Virus record (IMG/VR): IMGVR_UViG_3300035034_000707
Coordinates: 1 to 64,000 of that record
Reading direction: 5' to 3' (one strand)
From: a virus
DNA: 64,000 bases
The position numbers and the translations under genes were made by a program. The stretch's first letter is position 1; every line of letters begins with the position of its first letter. Below, in pieces: positions 8,728 through 17,947 of the stretch. The notes beneath the pieces were generated by a model. That model did no database searches and had not been told where the DNA came from. It saw only the letters and a list, made by a program, of their open reading frames with translations.

Positions 8728-9969
8728 ATGCCCCCCACAGATAAAGACAAGAAGCGTAAACACCAACGTCTCGTTGACGTGGAAGTGACGCATGTGTCAC
8801 TGGTTGACCGACCGGCCAACCGGACCCCCTTCAAATTCGTCAAGCGTGACGAAGACAACACAACCAAAGGAGCGTTCCCAATGCACATCGGCCTGAAAAA
8901 TATGTTCGGTTCGCGCGGCGCAGCAGTCTCGGCAGTCATGGCCGATACCGAAGCTAAAGCCCGCGAAGTCGCCAAGACTATCATGGTTGACGGCACCATT
9001 GAAATCTCTGAGCAGGATGGCGTCTTCGTCGCCCGCAAGCAGGGGGTCGAACCCGCAAAAGATGAGCAGATCATCCACCTTGGCAAGACGATGAACGTCG
9101 CCTATGCCGTGACCAACCTCAAGAAAGAGTTGGTCCTTTACGGTATGGAGAGTGAAGACTTTTCTGAAACTGTTCAGAAGGAGGGCTTCGTCCCGGGCCT
9201 CTATACTGCGACCGAAGCCCTGCACACGACCATCCGCAATATCGCCATGAGCGAAGATACCAATTCGCCGGAAGCCTTCAAGACAAAGGTGGACAAGGCT
9301 CTGTCTGACTTCGCCGGGTATGTGGACAGCCTCGTGTCAGCGCTGCCTACCCAAGCCTTCAAGTTTGAAAAGGCCCTCGTGGTCGTGTCACCCAATGATG
9401 CTGGCGGACCCCGCCCCGCGTTGCCCGATGGCTTCTCGGATGCGCTCTATGACTCCATCTTTGGCGAACCCGCCGCCGATGCCGCAGCGCCTAAGGCTGC
9501 GGACGAACCCGAAACAGGCAAGGAAGCCCCGGAAGCGCCCGCAGAGGCCGCACCGAAGGTAGAAGACCCTCCCAAGGAGGACGATACCCCCAAGGCTGCT
9601 GACGCTACTCCTGCGCCAGCAGAGGACGCGCCGAAGGTTGACGCCGCGCCCGCCAATCTGGAAGAACTGCCGAAGAACACGGACACGGCCCCAATGGCCG
9701 ATCCTGCCGCCGTAATGCAGGCGGCTATGGACGCACTGACTAAGAGCCTCGGAACACAACTTTCTGACGCTCTCAAGCCGCTGTCCGAACGACTGGACGC
9801 GAATGACGCCAACATGGCGAAACTCTCGAAAGCCATCGGTTCATCCGTGGCATCGACGCCGGAAGCGGATGAAGACAGCGGAAACGTAGTTGAACTCGCC
9901 AAAAGTAACCCCAGCACTGGCGAACCACCGCTGCTGGATACCGCCTATCGGGCATCTAAGCGGGGCTGA
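8728..9969 (+). CDS. scaffold-like protein with N-terminal protease peptide (THVSLVDRPAN); probable internal start at 8881
   Basis: Lies just before the capsid gene; Pro/Ala/Asp-rich linker and coiled coil; AAGGAG RBS before ATG 8881. Confidence 0.7.
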   Translation: MPPTDKDKKRKHQRLVDVEVTHVSLVDRPANRTPFKFVKRDEDNTTKGAFPMHIGLKNMFGSRGAAVSAVMADTEAKAREVAKTIMVDGTIEISEQDGVFVARKQGVEPAKDEQIIHLGKTMNVAYAVTNLKKELVLYGMESEDFSETVQKEGFVPGLYTATEALHTTIRNIAMSEDTNSPEAFKTKVDKALSDFAGYVDSLVSALPTQAFKFEKALVVVSPNDAGGPRPALPDGFSDALYDSIFGEPAADAAAPKAADEPETGKEAPEAPAEAAPKVEDPPKEDDTPKAADATPAPAEDAPKVDAAPANLEELPKNTDTAPMADPAAVMQAAMDALTKSLGTQLSDALKPLSERLDANDANMAKLSKAIGSSVASTPEADEDSGNVVELAKSNPSTGEPPLLDTAYRASKRG

Positions 9970-10012
9970 GGCCCAGACCTAAAGGCCGCAAACACAGGAA
10001 AGGGCCAAGACC

Positions 10013-10987
10013 ATGAATAATCGTGAACTTCTCCGCAAGGCTGATATTGCACTTTCAGACCTGACATCGAACGGGGGCGCGCTGACCGCCGAACAGGGCA
10101 ATGCCTTTATCCGAAAGCTGATCCTCCAGCCGACGATGATGGCCGTGATCCGCATTGTTGAAATGAATGCGCCCCAGCGCAACATTAACAAAATCCAGTT
10201 TGGGACACGCATCCTGCGCGCCGGGACCTCGGCCACAGCCCTCACTCAGGCTGAGCGCTCCAAGCCGACGACCAGCCAAGTCCAGTTGAACACCGATGAG
10301 GTCGTGGCCGAAGTCCGCCTGCCCTATGACGTGATCGAAGACAACATTGAGCGCGGCAATATCGGTCTGAACTCCGATGGCTCGGGCGGCGCTGGTCAAC
10401 CGGCCTCCGGTGGTCTGGTCGATACGATCCAGACGTTGATGGTCGAAGCCGCTTCTCGTGACTTGGAGGAACTCTCTCTCCAAGGTGACACGGCCTCAAC
10501 TGATGATTACCTTGCCTTGCAGGACGGCTACGTCGCTGACCTGACGGCAAACGGCAACGTGGTGAACAACCTCGGTGGCACCGTGGGCCGCGCCATGTTC
10601 AAGTCTGGTCTGCAATCGCTGCCCCCGCAGTATCATCGTGACCGTGCGTCCATGATGACTTTCCTCTCGGTGGACAACGAAATTGAATACCGGGACACTC
10701 TGGCCTCGCGCGCTACCGGCCTCGGTGACAACACGATCACGGGCTTCAATCCCGTCTTCGGTTTCGGGGTTCCTTTGCAGCCGGTTCACTTGATGCCGAA
10801 TGACCATGGTATCCTGACCAACCCGCTGAACCTGATCATGGGTATTCAGCGCCAGATCACTCTGGAATACGACAAGGATATTTCGGCCCGCGTTTACAAG
10901 ATGGTTCTGACCGCCCGTGTCTCGGTGGTCGTTGAAGAGCCTGACGCAGCCGTGGTCTTCAACAATATCGGCGGTATCAACACCTGA
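10013..10987 (+). CDS. major capsid protein (HK97 fold, XkdG-like)
   Basis: GGALT.EQ..FI, IEDNIE, LTNP.NLI.GIQR.I motifs; size, position and downstream terminator. Confidence 0.9.
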   Translation: MNNRELLRKADIALSDLTSNGGALTAEQGNAFIRKLILQPTMMAVIRIVEMNAPQRNINKIQFGTRILRAGTSATALTQAERSKPTTSQVQLNTDEVVAEVRLPYDVIEDNIERGNIGLNSDGSGGAGQPASGGLVDTIQTLMVEAASRDLEELSLQGDTASTDDYLALQDGYVADLTANGNVVNNLGGTVGRAMFKSGLQSLPPQYHRDRASMMTFLSVDNEIEYRDTLASRATGLGDNTITGFNPVFGFGVPLQPVHLMPNDHGILTNPLNLIMGIQRQITLEYDKDISARVYKMVLTARVSVVVEEPDAAVVFNNIGGINT

Positions 10988-11027
10988 CCCGTTCCCCCCC
11001 AGAGGGGTGTCGATAACCACTATTCAG

Positions 11028-11061
11028 GGGCCATCCTTTACGGGGTGGCCCTTTTGTTTTT
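11028..11061 (+). terminator. intrinsic terminator after the capsid gene
   Basis: GGGCCATCC/GGGTGGCCC stem followed by a T tract. Confidence 0.8.
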
Positions 11062-11075
11062 CAGGAGGAAATCAG

Positions 11076-11198
11076 GTGACCTATCTTATCGTATTCGCTG
11101 CTGGCCTCATGGTAGGCTGGAACGTCATACCCCAGCCGGAGTGGGCTAAGGTTCTCTATGGCAAGGGTATGGCTTACTTTCGGGGACCTCCAGAATGA
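11076..11198 (+). CDS. small membrane protein (40 aa)
   Basis: AGGAGG RBS, GTG start, hydrophobic N-terminus. Confidence 0.6.
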   Translation: MTYLIVFAAGLMVGWNVIPQPEWAKVLYGKGMAYFRGPPE

Positions 11199-11428
11199 CC
11201 GAAGACCAGATGCAGGCCCGGTTCAAACATCGCCGCCGGATCGCACTGATCAGCTTCTACCTTATGTCACTCATGCTGATAGCCCTGACGGCCATAGGGT
11301 TGGCCTCACCTACGGCCCGGGGTGCTATGGACGATCTTCGATGGCTGATCACGACCGCCACAGGCCTATGGTCTACCCTGATCCTCGGCTACTACGTTGT
11401 CGCGTCCTATGAGCAGGGAAGGGGCTGA
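11195..11428 (+). CDS. two-TM membrane protein, holin candidate
   Basis: Basic N-terminus and 2 TM helices. Confidence 0.55.
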   Translation: MTEDQMQARFKHRRRIALISFYLMSLMLIALTAIGLASPTARGAMDDLRWLITTATGLWSTLILGYYVVASYEQGRG

Positions 11429-11436
11429 GACGTTTC

Positions 11437-11452
11437 GTGCATCTAAGATCAT
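11437..11452. repeat. 16-bp site GTGCATCTAAGATCAT
   Basis: 8 nt before a -35 box. Confidence 0.8.
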
Positions 11453-11460
11453 TTAGGGGG

Positions 11461-11489
11461 TTGACGAACGGTTCTCTAGGGGATAGATT
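11461..11489 (+). promoter_or_regulatory. conserved promoter TTGACG-N17-TAGATT
   Basis: Motif family; leader at 11496. Confidence 0.85.
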
Positions 11490-11524
11490 ACTCTTACACC
11501 ACAACCGGCCTTGGAGCGACGATC

Positions 11525-11953
11525 ATGGAAAACCTCAACGAAGCACTCAAAGACCTCCGCACCACAATCGCGGAAGACGGCTTTACCGCTACCCTAGTAG
11601 AAGAAATCGCCAACGATTGGGATATCAAGCCCATCCTGCTGGCCCGGAAATTCGAAGAAAAGCACGGCAAGCCCGCCTCGGAATTCTCAGCGGCCAGCCA
11701 GACAACGCTTCGGAATAACGCTATCGAAACCGCAATGAAGGCAGTGGTCGCCAACCGCGCCCGCTTTTCAGATACCCCCGGCGTCCCCGAAGTTACAGGG
11801 ATGGCTTTCACAGCAGACGGCGAAGAGTATATCGCGGTCGCTATCGCAACTGGTGGCCTTCGCGCCGTTAAGGTTTCGAACGGCAAATGGTGGAAATTCG
11901 GGAATTCAGCCCGGGAAGCTATCGCAGCCGCCCACCGTTACAACCTTATTTAA
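11525..11953 (+). CDS. hypothetical early-type protein inserted in the head module
   Basis: Own promoter and leader. Confidence 0.8.
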   Translation: MENLNEALKDLRTTIAEDGFTATLVEEIANDWDIKPILLARKFEEKHGKPASEFSAASQTTLRNNAIETAMKAVVANRARFSDTPGVPEVTGMAFTADGEEYIAVAIATGGLRAVKVSNGKWWKFGNSAREAIAAAHRYNLI

Positions 11954-11956
11954 GTC

Positions 11957-11972
11957 GTGCACCTAAGATCAT
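11957..11972. repeat. 16-bp site GTGCACCTAAGATCAT
   Basis: 7 nt before a -35 box. Confidence 0.8.
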
Positions 11973-11979
11973 TTAGGAG

Positions 11980-12008
11980 TTGACGAACGGTTCTTTAGGT
12001 GGTAGAGT
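11980..12008 (+). promoter_or_regulatory. conserved promoter TTGACG-N17-TAGAGT
   Basis: Motif family; leader at 12015. Confidence 0.85.
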
Positions 12009-12043
12009 GCTATCACACCACGACCTAAACCTTGGAGAACGAA

Positions 12044-12304
12044 ATGACCTATAACAGCGCAGCCACCATCGCCAAAGCAACCAAAGCCGCCGAAGCCGTC
12101 AGGGCGCTTACCAACACCTCGGTTACGCTCAAGGACGATGGATACCGCCTCACAATCTGCATCGGCTACACAGACGACGAATTGGGGAACGCCGCATACC
12201 GCGCAGCCCAAGCGATCATGGGTTCCGATATGGGATGGGGTGGCCGGGTAGAAATGGCGGCAGATATCTCAGGCGGCGGCATTACAGTCGTAGGGCGCAT
12301 CTAA
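12044..12304 (+). CDS. hypothetical early-type protein inserted in the head module
   Basis: Own promoter and leader. Confidence 0.8.
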   Translation: MTYNSAATIAKATKAAEAVRALTNTSVTLKDDGYRLTICIGYTDDELGNAAYRAAQAIMGSDMGWGGRVEMAADISGGGITVVGRI

Positions 12305-12310
12305 GATCAT
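12295..12310. repeat. 16-bp site GCGCATCTAAGATCAT
   Basis: Overlaps a stop codon. Confidence 0.75.
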
Positions 12311-12441
12311 CTAATAGACCCGCCCGCTCGCGCGCGCCCACTTGCGCTGAAACCCCACATAAGGCAGTATCTCGTGCAGGCGGGCCGGATTGGTCCCGCT
12401 GTTTCTCCCCCGACCCGGGGGATTGATCAGGAGACTATCTA

Positions 12442-13035
12442 ATGTTTGAAGTAAACACCCCGGACGGCCCACGCTTCCTTGTGCAGCTTGTTGGCCCCCG
12501 GTCCTACCGCATGGGTGCGCAGATCACTCATCGTGGTCAAACCCTGCCAGTATCCAAGCGAACGCGGGACTATCTGGTTCGGAAGACGGCAGGCGCATGG
12601 GTTGACTTTGACCCGACCCCGGCTGAACCCATAGAGGAAGTCATGCCGCCGCAGTTTGGTGAAGCCAGCGGCAGCGCGATTGATCTGGATGATATCGACC
12701 CCAAGAAAAACCCGGCCATTTCGATGGAACACGCTGCACAGCTTGCAGCACGCGGGCGGGAAGTACCCACCAACCGGGCAGAGACGCGGCCTGCCGGGCC
12801 TCAGAGCGACGAAACGCCCCACCGGGACCCTACCCTCCCCCAATCCACCATTGATACCTCAGAGCGGGGCGATATGACCTCGGCTGACCTCAAGGGTGGC
12901 AAGACGCCCGCGCCCGGGGGTAAGACGGCAGAAGCCAAGACCGGGGGTGTGACAGTCAAACAGGCTCCGACTAAGGCTAAGGCCAAACCACAGGAAGAGG
13001 CCGGAAAAGATACCGGCCCCGTGGATGTAGCCTAA
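12442..13035 (+). CDS. hypothetical protein (possibly virion-associated)
   Basis: AGGAG RBS; low-complexity C-terminal half. Confidence 0.7.
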   Translation: MFEVNTPDGPRFLVQLVGPRSYRMGAQITHRGQTLPVSKRTRDYLVRKTAGAWVDFDPTPAEPIEEVMPPQFGEASGSAIDLDDIDPKKNPAISMEHAAQLAARGREVPTNRAETRPAGPQSDETPHRDPTLPQSTIDTSERGDMTSADLKGGKTPAPGGKTAEAKTGGVTVKQAPTKAKAKPQEEAGKDTGPVDVA

Positions 13036-13055
13036 TAGACCAATGGGAGGCGATT

Positions 13056-13718
13056 ATGCACTTGTTCAACCTAAACAACTTTGCGACACGGTTCGGCATC
13101 GACATGACAGTGCTGGACTTCAATAATGGGGTAACCCAAGCATCGCAAGCGGCCACAAGGGCAGTCGCCTCTCGTTTCAGGTTCAAGGACTTCGAACCAT
13201 TTACGAACCGCAAAGACGTGTTCTACGTGGATCGTATGCTGGGGCAGGGGAACCTTCAACATCGTCAACTCATGCTGTCCCGGGGCTTCATCAACCCAAC
13301 CTCCGGTTTCAGCGCGCTCTATACCGGCAATCCGGTTCACGCCCGAAATGCGGAAACCAGCCTGACGACTGACCTACAGCGGGTATCCTCAGACGGTCGA
13401 AGTGACTACCTCTACATTGACAGCGAGCAAGGACTGCTGACGACCTATGTGGTAGACCTGACTGATCAGTGGGTCGTGGTTACCTATAGCGGTGGGCTAT
13501 CAGTCGCCTCGGATGGCGTCTATGAGGGGGTGCCGGGCTGGATGGCCGAAGCGGCTGAGTCTCAAACCGCGCTCTTCCTGAAACAGAGCAACCTGTTTCA
13601 AACGGAAGAACAGGAGGACCTGACCTCACTACGGCAAAACCTCTTCGACCTACAGGCGGCTCACGCTCGGCTACACCTAGCCGCCGTCCCGGCCACTATG
13701 TCTGAAATGGGAACCTGA
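13056..13718 (+). CDS. putative head-tail adaptor
   Basis: Position; VVTYSGG..VPGW pattern of gp6/gp15-like adaptors. Confidence 0.6.
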   Translation: MHLFNLNNFATRFGIDMTVLDFNNGVTQASQAATRAVASRFRFKDFEPFTNRKDVFYVDRMLGQGNLQHRQLMLSRGFINPTSGFSALYTGNPVHARNAETSLTTDLQRVSSDGRSDYLYIDSEQGLLTTYVVDLTDQWVVVTYSGGLSVASDGVYEGVPGWMAEAAESQTALFLKQSNLFQTEEQEDLTSLRQNLFDLQAAHARLHLAAVPATMSEMGT

Positions 13719-13719
13719 C

Positions 13720-14388
13720 ATGCTACCCGAAATAGCCATAGAACTGGATTGGCGGGGGCAGCGATACAATAACGTGCAGCGCGGCCTAAAGGCGGTCGCC
13801 TCCGATGTCGAACGTAGTTTCGAAGAGGCTGGCCCCATCGTGCGAAAGACGCTCAACGATTACATGGAAGGCGTGGTAAAGTCGGTTGCGGCTCGGGCAG
13901 ATGGGGCCTACCCCGGCGGAACCTCACCGGCAGGCGCGTTCCCGGGGACCCTCTCAAAGCGGTCTGGTGGCCTACTGGCCAGCCTAAACCCGGATAGGAT
14001 CACGGTCACCGGGGATGGCCTATCAGAGATTGCCGTCAGCTTTACTCTAACCGGGATTGCCAATGTCCATGAACGCGGCGCGACGATCCGACCAAAGCGG
14101 GCCAAGTACCTGACCATCCCCCTGCCTGCTGCCCTGACGAAACGGGGCACCCCGATAAAGCCCAACGCCCGGGCATGGAAGAATACCTTTGTCCTGAAAT
14201 CCAAAAAGGGAAATCTTCTGATTATGCAGAAGAAAGGGAAGGGGGACATGGTGCCCCTCTATGTCCTTAAGAAACAGGTCGTGATACCGAAGCGCCTAGC
14301 CTTTGAGGAAGCATTTCTTGCAGGTCGGGACTTTCTTGCAGATAAGATTGCGCAAGATGTAATCAGGGAGTTTACCAATGCCAGATAG
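13720..14388 (+). CDS. virion morphogenesis/neck protein
   Basis: RSG.L..S, VHE.GATIRPK.AKYLTIP, V.IP.R motifs. Confidence 0.7.
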   Translation: MLPEIAIELDWRGQRYNNVQRGLKAVASDVERSFEEAGPIVRKTLNDYMEGVVKSVAARADGAYPGGTSPAGAFPGTLSKRSGGLLASLNPDRITVTGDGLSEIAVSFTLTGIANVHERGATIRPKRAKYLTIPLPAALTKRGTPIKPNARAWKNTFVLKSKKGNLLIMQKKGKGDMVPLYVLKKQVVIPKRLAFEEAFLAGRDFLADKIAQDVIREFTNAR

Positions 14389-14839
14389 TGTCCGCGAACA
14401 GCTTCTAATGAGGATGGAGGCAGTCTTCGAAGCCGTCACCGTAGCTGACTCTGGGGGCGGAACCATATGGGGCCGGGTGCTGTCTAGCCCCTACTCTGGG
14501 CGTGAAAAGTCGGGCCAGAACATTCTGTCAATCGTTGAAGGGAACGAAAGCTACATCGACGTGGTATCCCCGGACAAACGTGACCGCTCTCTGGAAGTGG
14601 ACCTTCAAACCCGTGTTTATGTGCCCCTGAACACGAAACCCCGCGCTCATGCGAATTCGGTTCTGGCTGACATCGAAGAAATAGTTGAACGAAACTGCCA
14701 CTGGAACGGACTGGCTTACGCAACCTTCCTGCTGGCGAACTCGGTGGAACGGGAAGACACGGCAGACCGGAACATAGAAATCTCGGTGTTCCTCTCTATC
14801 CGCTATCGCACGAAAAGGACTGATCCCCGCGCGCGCTAA
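14378..14839 (+). CDS. tail terminator/completion protein
   Basis: Position before the tube; SVREQ.. start and I.YRT...DP end. Confidence 0.65.
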   Translation: MPDSVREQLLMRMEAVFEAVTVADSGGGTIWGRVLSSPYSGREKSGQNILSIVEGNESYIDVVSPDKRDRSLEVDLQTRVYVPLNTKPRAHANSVLADIEEIVERNCHWNGLAYATFLLANSVEREDTADRNIEISVFLSIRYRTKRTDPRAR

Positions 14840-14857
14840 CGGCACCCGATTGTTCTC

Positions 14858-14886
14858 TTGTCAAGACCAGATACCGCCTTTATCAT
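14858..14886 (+). promoter_or_regulatory. promoter TTGTCA-N17-TATCAT before the tail tube gene
   Basis: Near-consensus sigma70 boxes in an intergenic gap. Confidence 0.6.
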
Positions 14887-14955
14887 ACACACCAACCAAC
14901 TCGCGGCAGGAGGCTTCGAGACTTACCCAAATCGGTGCAGTATGGAGGCTCCTAA

Positions 14956-16275
14956 ATGACTATCCAATTCAATCGTGGTCTGGTTCTTGCCAAGACCGAA
15001 GCCGTGTTCAACATGGCTGAAACGCTCGATGCAGCGACAGACGCTTTCGAAATCATCAATCCAGAATTCGCCCCGGATATCACGTCGCAGCGCCGTGAAG
15101 TCGTTGCCAACGATATCTCCCCGTTTGAAAGCCTCGTGACCCGCAAAGTCGGTGGCATGACCTTTTCTCTGGAAGTCAAGAGCAACGGCAATACGGGGGC
15201 CACAGTCGCACCCCGCGTTGGTCGCCTGCTGGAAGCCTGCGGGTTCTCCGAAACTCAGATCGACACCGCCGTTGAAAACGTCTATCGCACGGTCCCTGCC
15301 GTGGCGAACACCGGGCGGATGAACTTTATCGGAACCACTACCCCCTATACCGGCGGCGTTTATCTCAAGGTTAAATGCACGATCACGACTGGTGGTGCCA
15401 CCGGGGTAGCCGTCGCATCCTTCGAAGCCCCAAGTGAGGCCACGGTCTCGACCGGGGGTCTGGGCGCGGTCTCTCTGACCGATACGGATGAGGTTATTCT
15501 GACCGATAGCACGGAAATCACACTGACTGACAACGCGGGCAACACCATCGCCGCGATTACACCCGACTTCCAAGGGGACAATCCTGCGACGGGCGATGTG
15601 TACTGGATACACCTGCGCCCCATCGGCTACCTCTATAAGCCGAAGTCAGACAATATCGACAGCGTGACCATCGACATGCAGTACCCTGACGACTCAGGCC
15701 AATCTATCCAGCACCGTCTTATCGGCGCGCGTGGGACGGTTGTGGTCAATGCTCAGGTGGGCCAGTTCCCGACCTTCGACTTCACCTTTACAGGGACCTA
15801 TGTGGATCAGGTGGACGCTGCGACCCTGACGGGCACCTATGAGGACACCGACCCCGTTCAGGTTCAATATGCCGCGCTGGCCGTCGCCCAACGCTACGGG
15901 GCCAAGCAAAGCAACCTGTGCGCCTCTACGTGGTCTGTGGACATGGCGAACGAAATCAGCATCCGAGACTGCATCAATGCGCAGAGCGCGACCGAAGGGG
16001 CCTTCCTTACGGCTCGTGCACCTACGATCAGTTATGACCCGGAAGCCATTCTGGCAGCGGTCGAACCCATCTGGTCCTACCTCGAAAACGGGACCTCGGT
16101 GGAGTGGTGGGTGCGCCATGGGACGGTCAACGGTAACATCGTCTTGTTTCATGCGCCCAACCAGCAAATCACGGGCATGTCGTATGCTGACCGGAACAGC
16201 ATCCGAGTGTTCAACATCGACGGTTCGCTTGCTCGTCTGAACGGCAATGACGAACTTGAAATCTTGTTCACTTAA
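14956..16275 (+). CDS. major tail tube protein
   Basis: LLEACGF, GARGT, F.FTG motifs; position before the chaperones and tape measure. Confidence 0.8.
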   Translation: MTIQFNRGLVLAKTEAVFNMAETLDAATDAFEIINPEFAPDITSQRREVVANDISPFESLVTRKVGGMTFSLEVKSNGNTGATVAPRVGRLLEACGFSETQIDTAVENVYRTVPAVANTGRMNFIGTTTPYTGGVYLKVKCTITTGGATGVAVASFEAPSEATVSTGGLGAVSLTDTDEVILTDSTEITLTDNAGNTIAAITPDFQGDNPATGDVYWIHLRPIGYLYKPKSDNIDSVTIDMQYPDDSGQSIQHRLIGARGTVVVNAQVGQFPTFDFTFTGTYVDQVDAATLTGTYEDTDPVQVQYAALAVAQRYGAKQSNLCASTWSVDMANEISIRDCINAQSATEGAFLTARAPTISYDPEAILAAVEPIWSYLENGTSVEWWVRHGTVNGNIVLFHAPNQQITGMSYADRNSIRVFNIDGSLARLNGNDELEILFT

Positions 16276-16295
16276 TTCTTGGACGCCTAGACATA

Positions 16296-16322
16296 AGGGG
16301 TGAGGGGCAAGACCTCACCCCT
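16296..16322 (+). terminator. hairpin after the tail tube gene
   Basis: AGGGGTGAGG/CCTCACCCCT stem; no clear U tract. Confidence 0.45.
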
Positions 16323-16342
16323 AGCTACGCAGAAAGAGCATC

Positions 16343-16945
16343 ATGCCGCCCGAAGAACGCCACCACTTCGACGCATATCAGTTTTGGTCAATAGTAGGCT
16401 CGACGGCTCGTAACGTAGCTGGGGTCCTGATCGCCTTTGCCGTCCTATGGGCTGGGCTATGGACGTATGTCATACAGCCACAGGCTGATGTCTATTTTGA
16501 AACCAAGCTGAAAGATTTAAAGACTGGCATGGACGGCATAAACACCCGCCTTGACCTCCTACAGTCTTCGCTACCAGAACCCCGGCCCTTCCTTGAGATA
16601 CGGGGCAATGGAAAGGTAGTCGGGGACGGTGTGTTCCGGCCCGGGGACTTTATGACGGCTCTGTATATGGTCCGCCGAAATTCTGACTGCCCCACGGACG
16701 TTAACGTCCAGTTCTGGGACTCAGCAAGCAACAGCTTAGCCACGGAATATGGTTACACTACGCGGGCCAGCCAAACGCCACCTTCCTTCGGGTTTCAGAT
16801 AGTGAGCGTTCGGGTTGGTCTTCCTAGGGGTATGCGGCCCGGGTTTTATTCCTATGTCCCCACGATGGTCCCCGACCGGTCCTACTGCCCCGGGGAAACC
16901 AATGTGCAGGTGGAACCATCAGACTTCTTTGAGGTAATTGAATGA
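16343..16945 (+). CDS. membrane-anchored hypothetical protein
   Basis: N-terminal TM helix and coiled coil. Confidence 0.7.
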   Translation: MPPEERHHFDAYQFWSIVGSTARNVAGVLIAFAVLWAGLWTYVIQPQADVYFETKLKDLKTGMDGINTRLDLLQSSLPEPRPFLEIRGNGKVVGDGVFRPGDFMTALYMVRRNSDCPTDVNVQFWDSASNSLATEYGYTTRASQTPPSFGFQIVSVRVGLPRGMRPGFYSYVPTMVPDRSYCPGETNVQVEPSDFFEVIE

Positions 16946-17322
16946 CCCCCTTGGACCTAAGCCTAGGTATAAACGGACTGGGCCTTGTATGGCTCCTGTC
17001 CAACGGAATTATAACCCTCGTGTGCTTTCATCTGTCTTATGAAATATACCGGTGGTATCGCGGCGTAGTGAAGGCCACCGGGTTTACTCCGCTAGCAAAG
17101 CTATTTCAGGTATGTTTTATCGCAGGCGGGCTGCATCACCTTGGGCTGGTGGTCCTACTCCCCATAGAGCATACGACGATAGCCATGGCCGCGCTGGACG
17201 CGCTAGTTATGTTCGTGGCGGTGGTATCCTCTATCGCTGTTTTCAGAAGCAGACGGATTATACGCGCCGCCTTCCTGCATATGGTCAACGAATACCATGA
17301 GCGGGGCAGCTACTATTCGTGA
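16942..17322 (+). CDS. multi-TM membrane protein
   Basis: About 3 hydrophobic helices; ATGA coupling. Confidence 0.65.
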   Translation: MTPLDLSLGINGLGLVWLLSNGIITLVCFHLSYEIYRWYRGVVKATGFTPLAKLFQVCFIAGGLHHLGLVVLLPIEHTTIAMAALDALVMFVAVVSSIAVFRSRRIIRAAFLHMVNEYHERGSYYS

Positions 17323-17334
17323 TCGTAAGATCAC
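17319..17334. repeat. 16-bp site GTGATCGTAAGATCAC
   Basis: Overlaps a stop codon and abuts TTGACC. Confidence 0.8.
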
Positions 17335-17392
17335 TTGACCAACTCTCCTGACGGTGGCACAACTACGCCGTCCGAATACAGGAGACATGACT

Positions 17393-17947
17393 ATGGCTAT
17401 CAAAGCCCTCGACATCGGGAAAACCCGACCTTTTACTTCAAAGCATGATACCGATGGCGACCCTACCATCTGGCAGATCGGCATTTTGTCCTCGCGTGAT
17501 AAAGGCGCTATCCGGGACAGTTCCACTTCATTCAGCTTCAACAAGGAAACGCTTGATACAGGTGATGCTGACGGCGAAGCCTCGGATGAAACAAATATCG
17601 ACACCCGGATCGAACGCTCCAAGATGAACTTCGAAGCGGTGCGCAGGGGCCTCAAGGGGTGGTCAAACTTCATCGGCCCGGACGGCAATGATGTATGTTT
17701 CAAATTCCGCATGATGGACGTAGGCGGCGGGCGCAAACAGAACGTGGTTCCGAACGATCTGCTGGACCTGATACCCATCGACGTGATTGACGAAATCGCG
17801 GATCAGGTGATGTCTGACGCGACAGTTCCGGCAGGTGAGGGAAAAAACTCTCAAGAGCAGTCTTTGGTCGCATCATCTACCCCGACCGAAACTGCTCAAC
17901 CTGTACCCGAGACGACCGAAGCCAGTGGGGATGCAACAAGCCTGTAA
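17393..17947 (+). CDS. tail assembly chaperone (gpG-like)
   Basis: Position; slippery site at EGKN. Confidence 0.8.
   Translation: MAIKALDIGKTRPFTSKHDTDGDPTIWQIGILSSRDKGAIRDSSTSFSFNKETLDTGDADGEASDETNIDTRIERSKMNFEAVRRGLKGWSNFIGPDGNDVCFKFRMMDVGGGRKQNVVPNDLLDLIPIDVIDEIADQVMSDATVPAGEGKNSQEQSLVASSTPTETAQPVPETTEASGDATSL
17839..17848 (+). other. programmed -1 frameshift site GGGAAAAAAC
   Basis: The -1 frame is open from 17848 and in frame with ORF 17947-18243. Confidence 0.85.
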
